Part shown: positions 49,757 through 57,924 of the stretch, in pieces
Layout of the letters: the number at the start of each line of letters is the position of its first letter
How positions within the stretch are numbered: position 1 is the first letter of the stretch
Source of the DNA: an uncultured delta proteobacterium
GTDB taxonomy: Bacteria; Desulfobacterota; Desulfobaccia; Desulfobaccales; 0-14-0-80-60-11
Assembly: GCA_963739295.1 (NCBI GenBank)
Contig: CAVTZS010000010.1
Coordinates: 42,931-106,930, forward strand
Reading direction: 5' to 3'
Length of the DNA stretch: 64,000 nt
The notes under the pieces: model-generated
What the model was told of the DNA's origin: nothing
Seen by the model: the letters and a program-made list of their open reading frames with translations, nothing else
Databases searched by the model: none
Program-made: the position numbers and the translations under genes

Positions 49757-50842
49757 TTAAAAAGCGTACACCATTGAGAGCAATGGAGTTATATTGGCGT
49801 TGGTGTTTTTGCCGGCCAGGTCAATATTCACCCCTAAAGCCAGGGAGAATTTGTCCGTAACCATGTACTCGATGCCAGGTAACAGTGACAGCAGGGCAGT
49901 TGGCGCCGGGTTGGCTTTCGGCCCGATCATCCGCCCGGCATCCCAGGTGCTGGTTAGCTCCAGAAGCGCCACCCATTTCTTGGTGATGGGGTATTCACCT
50001 GCCAAGTTCACGGTGACAAAATCACGGGGATGATTACGTCTCTCGATGGGGTTGCCCTCTTCGTCCACCTCATTGGTGGAGAAATCGGTCTGGAAAGTGT
50101 ACCAGAAATTGCCATAGAAGATGAAGGGCCTCACGTACTTGGACAAATTAAACCCGGTGGTAAAGGCATGGGTGCCCCCGCCGATGGCGTCGGCGCCCAG
50201 CCGGCCGGGATTGAGGTGGCGAAAGTGGCCGCTGGGGAACGTGGTGGTAAACAAGGCGCTGACCGTGGGTACCAGTTGTGTTTCCTCCACCAGGCGATAC
50301 TTGAAGGTCAGACTGATATCACCAAGCCCCCCGAAATCGGCAGAGCGTTGTCCCTGCGGCCCTGGTTCATTGACATTGTTGGCCCAGTTGTGGATATAGG
50401 GAATCACCGTATAAACCTCCAGGTTATTTAAGAGGCCATAGGTAAACTTCACGCTCATGCCGAAAGACTTGAAATCTCCTCCCGCAGAGATGCGCCGCCA
50501 GCTTGGACTGAAGCTGTCGGTAATACAGCTCAGCCCCCAGGTAGGCTGGATGGCGAATTTACCCTTCTCAATGGGGATGGCGGTGTCGGTGATGATGGGC
50601 CCGAAGGTGGCGGGACACTCATCCCCTTTCGCCTGCTCTTTTCCCTCTTCTTTGGCTTCCTGGTTTCCTTTTTCCTTGGTTTGTTCTGTGGCTTGAGTTT
50701 TTCCCTCCTCATTCGATATTGTTTCGGAAACCGCTTTTTCTTCCTTCACCTGCCCCGCAGCTACAGAGTAAGGCTCCACTGCCGCCATGGGAGCCAAACA
50801 GAACATTGACAGTAAGCATAACCAGATGCGCACCGACCTCAT
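49757..50842 (-). CDS. Outer-membrane beta-barrel, MetA-pathway/phenol-degradation-like transporter family
   Basis: Signal peptide, GGLGDISLTFKY, alternating beta strands, C-terminal F; ATG after GAAGGAG. Confidence 0.7.
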   Translation of the reverse strand: MRSVRIWLCLLSMFCLAPMAAVEPYSVAAGQVKEEKAVSETISNEEGKTQATEQTKEKGNQEAKEEGKEQAKGDECPATFGPIITDTAIPIEKGKFAIQPTWGLSCITDSFSPSWRRISAGGDFKSFGMSVKFTYGLLNNLEVYTVIPYIHNWANNVNEPGPQGQRSADFGGLGDISLTFKYRLVEETQLVPTVSALFTTTFPSGHFRHLNPGRLGADAIGGGTHAFTTGFNLSKYVRPFIFYGNFWYTFQTDFSTNEVDEEGNPIERRNHPRDFVTVNLAGEYPITKKWVALLELTSTWDAGRMIGPKANPAPTALLSLLPGIEYMVTDKFSLALGVNIDLAGKNTNANITPLLSMVYAF

Positions 50843-50970
50843 TTCGCTTTCTCCTTCTCTTCTCGAACCGCATTCATCTGCCGATTGCCCTGCTGTCTTT
50901 AGGCCGTCGTAAACGGCACACTGCTCGGGGGCCGGACTCCATTTCCGTGCCTTAAGCCTTGCCAGGGGGC

Positions 50971-51110
50971 AAAATAAAAAGCCACGAAAACCAGGCACCT
51001 TCCGGCGCCCCAGCCTTCGTGGCTTTCCACTCAAGGTTGTTATGGTAAGGCCATCCGGGGTTCATTCCCGGACTTGGGGCCAATCTATGGCAAGGGGAAG
51101 AAAATGTCAA
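50971..51110 (-). promoter_or_regulatory. Promoter, structured leader and terminator (attenuator candidate)
   Basis: Minus strand TTGACA-N17-TAGATT; terminator AAGCCACGAA/TTCGTGGCTT plus T run about 130 nt before the gene. Confidence 0.55.
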
Positions 51111-51278
51111 GTTCTGTTGGAAATAAGTGCTGGCCATTTCTTCCAATGCCCTAAGACCACAGGTGAGCTGCCTTGCTAATGATTCCTTAGCCTTCAGTAC
51201 GTTGTCCATATGGCCAGGGACCTCACCATTGATCTTTTTTGGTTAGGGACTTGGTTCTTTCTTCCTTTTATTTCTTTG

Positions 51279-51536
51279 CTAGCCGCTAAGTCGGATCAGG
51301 GGGTGAAGAGGCTGTAAACAATTTTCTTCCGTTTGCGCCACTAAGAGTTTGATGTCCCCATAACCTTTGGTAAACAAGTAGTGCCAGGCATCATCCACGT
51401 TATAAAATCCCTGCCTGCAGCCCACCAGTTCCACCCGACCTGCGGGGCACCCTATTTCCTTACAGTGGCTTGCCAGATCAAAGCCTTCCGGCAACTCCGC
51501 ACCGCCCACCAGATAAACGATCAGCCCGCGCTTCAT
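51279..51536 (-). CDS. Small hypothetical protein
   Basis: MKRGLIVYLVGG after GGGG SD; appears fused to cbiK in the ORF track only through a frameshift. Confidence 0.6.
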   Translation of the reverse strand: MKRGLIVYLVGGAELPEGFDLASHCKEIGCPAGRVELVGCRQGFYNVDDAWHYLFTKGYGDIKLLVAQTEENCLQPLHPLIRLSG

Positions 51537-51544
51537 ATAACCCC

Positions 51545-52418
51545 CTATAAGCTCTTCAGGGCCTGGGCCAGATGGTCCAGATAGATATCTGTTATTTTCT
51601 TCTTGATAACCTAGCCCTTTGGTGATCCCCTCGATGCGATAGGCTTTTTGCTGAAGAAGCTCGGATTTCCAGCTCTCCGGATCAGCTCCCAAGATATCCT
51701 TGGCCACATGCTCGCCAGCCACAAATAAGAACGGCATCAGCACCACGGCGGAGGCCCCGGATTTCTTGACGGCCTCCAGGGTCTCTTGCCTGGTGGGTTT
51801 ACCTTCCACGGTGCCCAAAAAGACATTCTGGTGGGGGTAACGAGAGCGCAACAGCCGGTTAAAGGCCAGATAGGTCGCGGTCCCTTCGCGGCTGGGGCTG
51901 CCATGGGCCACCAGGACCACTGCATTATTCTTTAAGTCCTGGGGGAAAGTCTGGGCCAGGGCCTGGAGGACTTGCTCCTGATCTTTCTTGCTGCTCAGCA
52001 GAGGTTTTCCCAGGGCAACTTTCAGACCGGGGATATTCTGGCTCTCCTGCACGATTTTCTTCTCCCACTCCTCCCCCGGCACTAGATGAAGAGACTGGAC
52101 GGCCACCCGGGTGTATCCGGCAGCTTTTAATTCTCGCAAGGTCGTGGGCAGGTCATTGAGCTTTTGGCCCTTTTCCTGGGCCACTTTGTGCCGGACTTTA
52201 TGGGAGGTGAAGGCCCACCGGATTTCGTGATCCGGAAAACGCTTTTTTACTTGCAGTTCAAAGTGATGATACGTATCGAAGGCTTCGGTGCTGGTGCCAA
52301 AGGCCGCCAAAACGATGGCAGGCTTTGCAGTTGCTGCCGCGTTCAGGGTCCAAGGGGCACTTATCATGGAGAGGATAAGTACCAAAGATAACCACCCAAA
52401 CCTGATCTGCTTTACCAT
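51545..52418 (-). CDS. cbiK: Sirohydrochlorin cobaltochelatase, exported CbiK type (frameshift near 51595)
   Basis: Signal peptide, AIVLAAFGTS, WAFTS, QSLHLVPGEE, AHGS, GTVEG, VAGEH..DI, SWK; ...IYLDHLAQALKSL* in shifted frame. Confidence 0.88.
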
Positions 52419-52553
52419 GTCGTCCTCCTTTATGCGGTTTTTACTGCAAAAAAAAATCCTTAAGTCACAAAGACTTAAGGATTGCACCCAGCTTCTTTAT
52501 CCTTAATTAAGCTTACCGCCCACTATACCTCGTAGGGGCTTAAGCTTTTATTC

Positions 52554-52643
52554 GGGCATGTCTTCTGATATCTTCCGTTCTTCTCCTGGCTGCCTCGCTT
52601 CAGCGAGACAGTGGCCTGCTGCAGGGTTCGTCCCCGGTTACAA
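52554..52643 (-). promoter_or_regulatory. Partial/degenerate cobalamin riboswitch
   Basis: Minus strand TGTAACCGGGGACGAA...GCCACTG...TCAGAAGACATGCC (B12-box-like); 5' half not recognisable; upstream of cbiK. Confidence 0.5.
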
Positions 52644-52745
52644 TAACTTTTATCCTATCCCACGTTAGCTGAGGGCTCAGATAAAGGTGGCTGTCCTTGC
52701 AATTCAGGCCCGATTATCTTAAAATAATATAGAGAGGTAACTTCT

Positions 52746-54428
52746 ATTCATCGACCCTTAGGTAATCTGACAGGGCTGAAGCCCTATCAATATCGGCAGT
52801 TGGAGCGCCTGTACCGCCGCAAGGTGCCACCCGCGCAACTGCTCACTCCTGAATTGGCCCGGCAACTGGCGGAGATCTCCTGGGACCTGCACCGACAGGT
52901 GGGGGTCATGGTGGACCGCCAGGGGGCCGTCACCCAAGTCATCGTCGGAGACGCCCGGGGCCTGCTGATCCCGCCCTTAAAAAGGGAGCGGGGAGCCCGG
53001 GGCCGCCTCAAGGGCTTGCGCCTGATCCACACCCACCTGGATGCCCACCCTTTGAATCAAGATGATCTGATGGACCTGGCCCTGTTGCGCCTGGACGCGG
53101 TGGCCGCGCTCACCGTGGCCCAGGGCGGCAGCCCCGGCCCGATTCAGGTCGCCCACCTCTTGCCCCGGCAGGAAGATGGGCATAATTGGGCCATTCTGGA
53201 GGCGCCGCAGGTGGGATCTCTGACGGTGGATTTCGAGGCCCTGGTGTCCTCCCTGGAAGAGGAATTGGCCCGGGTGGGGACCGAGGGCGAAGGCCGGGGT
53301 AAAGAACGAGCCATATTGATCGGCGTGACCGGTCCCAGCCGGGTGGCCGGGGAAGATTCCCTGCTGGAACTCACCGAGCTGGCCCGCACTGCGGGTCTGA
53401 AAGTGGTGGCCAACCTGATCCAGCACCGCTCCCGGTTTGATCCCCGCTTTTTGATGGGTAAAGGCAAGCTCTCCGAGTTGGTCATCCAGGCCCTGCAACT
53501 GGGAGCGGACCTGCTGGTCTTCGACGCCGAGCTCAGCCCCTCCCAGGTGCGCTCCATCACGGACTTCAGCGAGCTCAAAGTCATTGACCGCACCCAGTTG
53601 ATCCTGGATATCTTTGCCCAGCGGGCCCGGAGCCGGGAAGGCAAGCTGCAGGTGGAGATGGCTCAGGTGAAGTATCTGCTGCCGCGCCTTAGGGGCCGGG
53701 ACGATTCACTGTCCCGGCTCACCGGCGGCATCGGCGGCCGGGGCCCGGGGGAGACCCGCCTGGAAATCGACCGTCGCCGGATGCAAGAGCGCCTCCATCG
53801 CCTCAACCAGGAGCTGGCCAAGGTGAGGGCCGAAAGGCGGGAGCGGCGGCAGCCCCGGCAGCGCCAGCGGCTGCCGATTTTGTCCATCATCGGCTATACC
53901 AATGCCGGCAAGTCCACCCTGTTCAATTCCCTGACCCATGCCACGGTGGCCGCGGCAGACATCCTCTTCGCCACCCTGGACCCCACCAGCCGCCGCCTCC
54001 GCTTCCCCCGGGAGCGGGAGGTGATCATCACCGATACCGTGGGGTTCATCCGGGACCTGCCCCGCAACCTGTTGGAGGCCTTCAAGGCCACCCTGGAGGA
54101 GCTGGAGGAAGCCGATCTGCTCATTCACATAGTTGATTTGAGCAACCCCCGTTTCCTGGAGCAGATGGCCGCGGTGGAGGACATCCTGGCTTCCCTGGGG
54201 CTCCAGGACAAGCCGGTTCTCAAGGTATTCAACAAGATGGACCTGGTGAGCCCAAATTTGGCGGCCTTGCAGCGCCGCATCCACCAGGGAGTGGCCGTCT
54301 CGGCCCTTAATCTGCGGACCTTGCCGCCCCTCATCGCCCGCCTGGAGGAGAAGGTGGAGGAGTTGGCGGCCCGGGATTCAGGCTTGCCAGAGGTAAGGCG
54401 GGAATTGCACGGCGCGGTTGTGGAGTGA
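52746..54428 (+). CDS. hflX: GTPase HflX with N-terminal extension (probable ATT start; first canonical start TTG 52800)
   Basis: VIDRTQLILDIF, GPGET.LE.DRR, GYTNAGKST, FATLD, DTVGFI, NKMD. Confidence 0.93.
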   Translation: MHRPLGNLTGLKPYQYRQLERLYRRKVPPAQLLTPELARQLAEISWDLHRQVGVMVDRQGAVTQVIVGDARGLLIPPLKRERGARGRLKGLRLIHTHLDAHPLNQDDLMDLALLRLDAVAALTVAQGGSPGPIQVAHLLPRQEDGHNWAILEAPQVGSLTVDFEALVSSLEEELARVGTEGEGRGKERAILIGVTGPSRVAGEDSLLELTELARTAGLKVVANLIQHRSRFDPRFLMGKGKLSELVIQALQLGADLLVFDAELSPSQVRSITDFSELKVIDRTQLILDIFAQRARSREGKLQVEMAQVKYLLPRLRGRDDSLSRLTGGIGGRGPGETRLEIDRRRMQERLHRLNQELAKVRAERRERRQPRQRQRLPILSIIGYTNAGKSTLFNSLTHATVAAADILFATLDPTSRRLRFPREREVIITDTVGFIRDLPRNLLEAFKATLEELEEADLLIHIVDLSNPRFLEQMAAVEDILASLGLQDKPVLKVFNKMDLVSPNLAALQRRIHQGVAVSALNLRTLPPLIARLEEKVEELAARDSGLPEVRRELHGAVVE

Positions 54429-54432
54429 GAAC

Positions 54433-54540
54433 GTGGGGGAGGGCCAGGGAGCTAAGCTCCCTGCCCTCCCCCACACCCCCTCCCCACCCGTGAAAGTTAT
54501 CTGGGGCAGGCTGGGCTTATGGCCCAGCCTGCCCCAGATA
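54433..54540. repeat. Composite G/C-rich palindromic intergenic repeat
   Basis: GGGGGAGGGCCAGGGAGCTAAGCTCCCTGCCCTCCCCC plus TATCTGGGGCAGGCTGGGC/GCCCAGCCTGCCCCAGATA. Confidence 0.85.
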
Positions 54541-54577
54541 TTTTTTTTCCGGCTTCTCCGAGATATTCCGGCCAAAG

Positions 54578-55519
54578 TTAGACCTGCCAGACCTGGGGGT
54601 GGAACTGGCAGGTTCCGGAGCTAATTGATACCAAACCCCAGCCGCAGCCTCTGGTTCCCAAGCCAGGGCTGAGCTCGGCCGGGGTTCCCTGGAGGGCCTG
54701 GGGCAGGGGCCAGGAGGTGGCCGGAAGGCCCTGGTGATTAATCAGGCCCGGGGCTGCCACCGCATTTTCCCCCTCCCCCCAGCCCCCTCCCACCAGGGGA
54801 GGGGGAGTATGGGGATGGGTAATAAGCGGCCTTACTGCAAATGGGTCATGACAGTGGACATGGCCATGAAGGCAAATCACCTGGTTAAACCGGGCCAACA
54901 GGGGGGTGACCAGGTGCGCGTCCGCGGTCCATTGCTGCCAGGGGAGATAGATTTGGGTCAGGGGCGCGTGGGACATAAGGATCAGGGGGGTAGCCGAATC
55001 GAGACGCTTAAGCTCCCGGGCCAGCCAGCTACTTTGGTTCTGGCCGAGACGAAAAGTAAGCCCCCCGGGGCCGGGCTGCAATACCGTGTCCAGGCCCAGC
55101 AGGTGGAAGCCCCTGAAGGAGTGGGAAAATCGGGGCGTTCCGAAATACTGGCCCCAGGGGCCCGGAGCCCCGGGCGGGCCGTCTCCTTCCCCCCTCACCA
55201 TCAGGAGCGGCGCGGGCAAATCCGCCAGGATTTCCTTCCCCAATTCCAGGGCCCGGGGGTCACCCGCATGGGCCAGGTCCCCCGCAAAGAGAATCAACTC
55301 CGGCGCAGGCGTAAGGGAACGGATCTCGGAGACCGCCCGGGCCAGGGCCAGGGCCTCGAATCTGGTGGGGTCGCCATCCTGGAGGTGCGCGTCGCTCAAA
55401 AGGGCCAGGCGCATCTGAGGACTGCCCGCCAGCGCCTTAAAAGGCCAGGCCAGCCGGCTCGCGGCCCAGCCCGCGGCCAGGACCAGCCCTATCTTCCTTA
55501 TAAATTCCCGCCTTTTCAT
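54578..55519 (-). CDS. Tat-exported calcineurin-like metallophosphoesterase
   Basis: MKRREF Tat signal; SDAH, AGDL, GEGD, SHAP, HGHVH. Confidence 0.82.
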   Translation of the reverse strand: MKRREFIRKIGLVLAAGWAASRLAWPFKALAGSPQMRLALLSDAHLQDGDPTRFEALALARAVSEIRSLTPAPELILFAGDLAHAGDPRALELGKEILADLPAPLLMVRGEGDGPPGAPGPWGQYFGTPRFSHSFRGFHLLGLDTVLQPGPGGLTFRLGQNQSSWLARELKRLDSATPLILMSHAPLTQIYLPWQQWTADAHLVTPLLARFNQVICLHGHVHCHDPFAVRPLITHPHTPPPLVGGGWGEGENAVAAPGLINHQGLPATSWPLPQALQGTPAELSPGLGTRGCGWGLVSISSGTCQFHPQVWQV

Positions 55520-55571
55520 AAAATCAACTTCCACTGTCTGGAGGGCGGGCCAGGCCCAAACTTCTAAATTT

Positions 55572-55630
55572 GCGGGTTGGGAGGGGGTGTGGGGGAGGGC
55601 AGGGACCTCAGGTCCCTGGCCCTCCCCCAC
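55572..55630. repeat. G/C-rich palindromic repeat module
   Basis: GCGGGTTGGGAGGGGGTGTGGGGGAGGGCAGGGACCTCAGGTCCCTGGCCCTCCCCC. Confidence 0.85.
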
Positions 55631-55635
55631 ATTAT

Positions 55636-56220
55636 CTACAAAACGCCCTTGGTGGATGGTACACTCTTAGCCCGGGGTTCTATTTGGGTGGCCAGGTCCA
55701 GGGCCCGGCCTGCGGCCTTGAAGATGGCCTCCATGATGTGATGGGTATTCTCCCCGTAAGGCACCTGGATATGGAGGGTGATACCCCCGTGCACGGCAAA
55801 AGCCCGCCAGAATTCCTGGACCAGTTGGGGGTCCAGGGCGGCTCCTCCCGGGGGAAATTGCACCTGAAACCGGAGGTACGGACGGTTGCTCAAATCCAGG
55901 GTCACCTGGGCCAGGGCTTCGTCCATGGGGACTCTGGCCTCGCCGTAGCGGCGCACTTGGGGGCGAGCCTGGAGGGCCTGCCTAAAGGCCTGGCCCAGAC
56001 AGATACCCAGGTCTTCCACCGTATGGTGCTGATCCACTTCCAGATCGCCTTGGGCCTTGATCTTTAAATTAAAATAGCCATGCGCGGCGAACAAATGGAG
56101 CATGTGGTCCAGAAAGGGGATGCCGGTACTGATGGCTGCTTCCCCCCGCCCATCCAGTTCCAGTTCCAATTCCACTTCCGTCTCCCGGGTCTGGCGTTGG
56201 ACCCGGATCCTGGCTGCCAT
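55636..56220 (-). CDS. hisB: Imidazoleglycerol-phosphate dehydratase
   Basis: TGIPFLDHML, GDLEVDQHHTVED, PMDEAL, NTHHIMEAIFKA, PSTKG. Confidence 0.97.
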   Translation of the reverse strand: MAARIRVQRQTRETEVELELELDGRGEAAISTGIPFLDHMLHLFAAHGYFNLKIKAQGDLEVDQHHTVEDLGICLGQAFRQALQARPQVRRYGEARVPMDEALAQVTLDLSNRPYLRFQVQFPPGGAALDPQLVQEFWRAFAVHGGITLHIQVPYGENTHHIMEAIFKAAGRALDLATQIEPRAKSVPSTKGVL

Positions 56221-56266
56221 AAGAGTACCCTCCCCAAACGATCTGGCTGAGCTTAAGGCCCATTAT

Positions 56267-56353
56267 AAGACTGTGGAAATTAGTATTTGGGAGAGGGGGC
56301 CAGGGGCCTGCGGTCCCCCGGTCCTCCCCTCAAAAGACTTTCGCAACGGTCTC
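56267..56353. mobile_element. MITE-like element (87 bp), shorter relative of 41736-41965
   Basis: Same ends AAGACTGTGG... / ...TTCGCAACGGTCTC; ATTAT on both sides. Confidence 0.7.
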
Positions 56354-56564
56354 ATTATAATAAATCTTTTCCAAAACACTGGCAAATATTTGTGGTAGTA
56401 TTATCATCTTAGGGAGAGAGGGTCAGGCAACAGGGGCATGAATGCAGCGTCCCTTACTTTTCGGTCCGCGGACCCTTTCACTTCCTTTCAGGAAGATCAG
56501 GGAGTTAGGGACAACTGCTCACTTTTCTCACCCAAATTATCGTCAAAACGGGATTTGAGTTCAG

Positions 56565-57302
56565 ATGCTTCCTTACCGAAATAACCGGCACTTTCTAAAA
56601 ATTATTACTTTGCTTTTTCTGGGGGCCGGATGGTTGGGCTTCCTGCTGGCCTCCGGGTCGGCGGCCTCTCCGGCGCCGCGCATCTCACTCACGGAAACCG
56701 CCCATGACTTCGGGAAGGTCTATGAGGATGCCCCCCTGACCTATACCTTTGTGATCCGGAATACCGGGGGCTCTCCTCTGGAAATCCAGGACGTGGACCC
56801 GGACTGCGCCTGTACCGTGGCCAGTTATGATCGGCTCATCCCCCCGGGAGGGGAGGGGAAAATCACCCTGACCATCAAACCCTACTCGGTGCTGCGGCAG
56901 TTTAAGAAAGAGACCGCGGTGCGGGTCAATGATCCGGAACACCCGGAGGTAGTTCTGACGCTTGAGGGGGTAGCCCAACCTTTTATTGAGATTCAGCCCA
57001 GTCATATTGTCCGACTGCGGGGTATAGCAAATGACGATTTGCGGGGCCAGGTGCGCTTAATTTCCCATCTGCCCACACCGTGGGAGATCAAGGAGTACCG
57101 CACCAATATCCCGGATAAAATCGAGGTGGATCTGAAGGCCGTGGAGCCGGGCCGGGTGTACGTCTTGGAAATCCGGAACAAACGTCACGAGGCGGGGCAT
57201 TATGTCGGTCTGGTGGAGCTCTTTACCACCTCTAAGCAGCGGCCCCGCCTGATCGTGCGGATCTTTGGCGACCTCTATGCGCCGGCGGCGGTTCCTCAGT
57301 GA
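56565..57302 (+). CDS. DUF1573 domain exported protein
   Basis: HDFG.V, F.IRNTG..PL.I, CACT, IPPGGEG.I. Confidence 0.82.
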   Translation: MLPYRNNRHFLKIITLLFLGAGWLGFLLASGSAASPAPRISLTETAHDFGKVYEDAPLTYTFVIRNTGGSPLEIQDVDPDCACTVASYDRLIPPGGEGKITLTIKPYSVLRQFKKETAVRVNDPEHPEVVLTLEGVAQPFIEIQPSHIVRLRGIANDDLRGQVRLISHLPTPWEIKEYRTNIPDKIEVDLKAVEPGRVYVLEIRNKRHEAGHYVGLVELFTTSKQRPRLIVRIFGDLYAPAAVPQ

Positions 57303-57853
57303 AGCAGGAGCTCGGTAAGCAGGTGCCCGGAAAAAATCCGGACCACCTGCTGCAGGAGAAGTTCAGTCTCCTTGGGGGCCGAAGGGCCGGGGTTAACTGG
57401 AGAAGCCAGGTGAATCCGGTCCTGGAAGGCAAAGAGAATTTGGTCCCCGCGGGTGAGGGCGCCGGAGACCAATAAATCGGCAGATATTCTACCTACCAGA
57501 AATCGAAGGCCTTTATTGACCCTCACCAGTTGGACCGTACCGGAAAAAACTACGTCCCCCTGGGGGGCCACTTTAAGGCCATTGGCCTCCCAGGCCCGGG
57601 CCAGCTCGGCCTGAAGCAGGGACCGGAAGGTGTCGGGCGCGATATTCTGGGCCTGCCCCACGGTGAAGGGGGCCAGAGAATAAGTGACCTGATCCGCCAC
57701 AAACCCGGGGGCAATATAGGATTTCTCCAGATAACGGCCCGGTTGCAGGGTTAGACCAGCCGGGACGGCTGGCAGGGGCCGGGGCAGGCAGCCCCCGCTT
57801 AAAGTAAGGACCAGGGCCAGGAGGCCCAAGGAGAAGGATTTCTTAGGGAACAT
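57296..57853 (-). CDS. Putative lipoprotein
   Basis: Signal peptide ending SGGC; AAGGAG SD. Confidence 0.65.
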   Translation of the reverse strand: MFPKKSFSLGLLALVLTLSGGCLPRPLPAVPAGLTLQPGRYLEKSYIAPGFVADQVTYSLAPFTVGQAQNIAPDTFRSLLQAELARAWEANGLKVAPQGDVVFSGTVQLVRVNKGLRFLVGRISADLLVSGALTRGDQILFAFQDRIHLASPVNPGPSAPKETELLLQQVVRIFSGHLLTELLLH

Positions 57854-57924
57854 GGTCCTCTCCTTACCATAATTCCCCAATCTCTAGCAAAAAAATTAAA
57901 AAATATTTATAGAAAGGAGAGTTT

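Noticed and set aside
51279-52487. 402-aa CbiK fusion protein in the ORF track
   Set aside because: Explained by a one-base insertion in an A run; natural stop and a separate start exist
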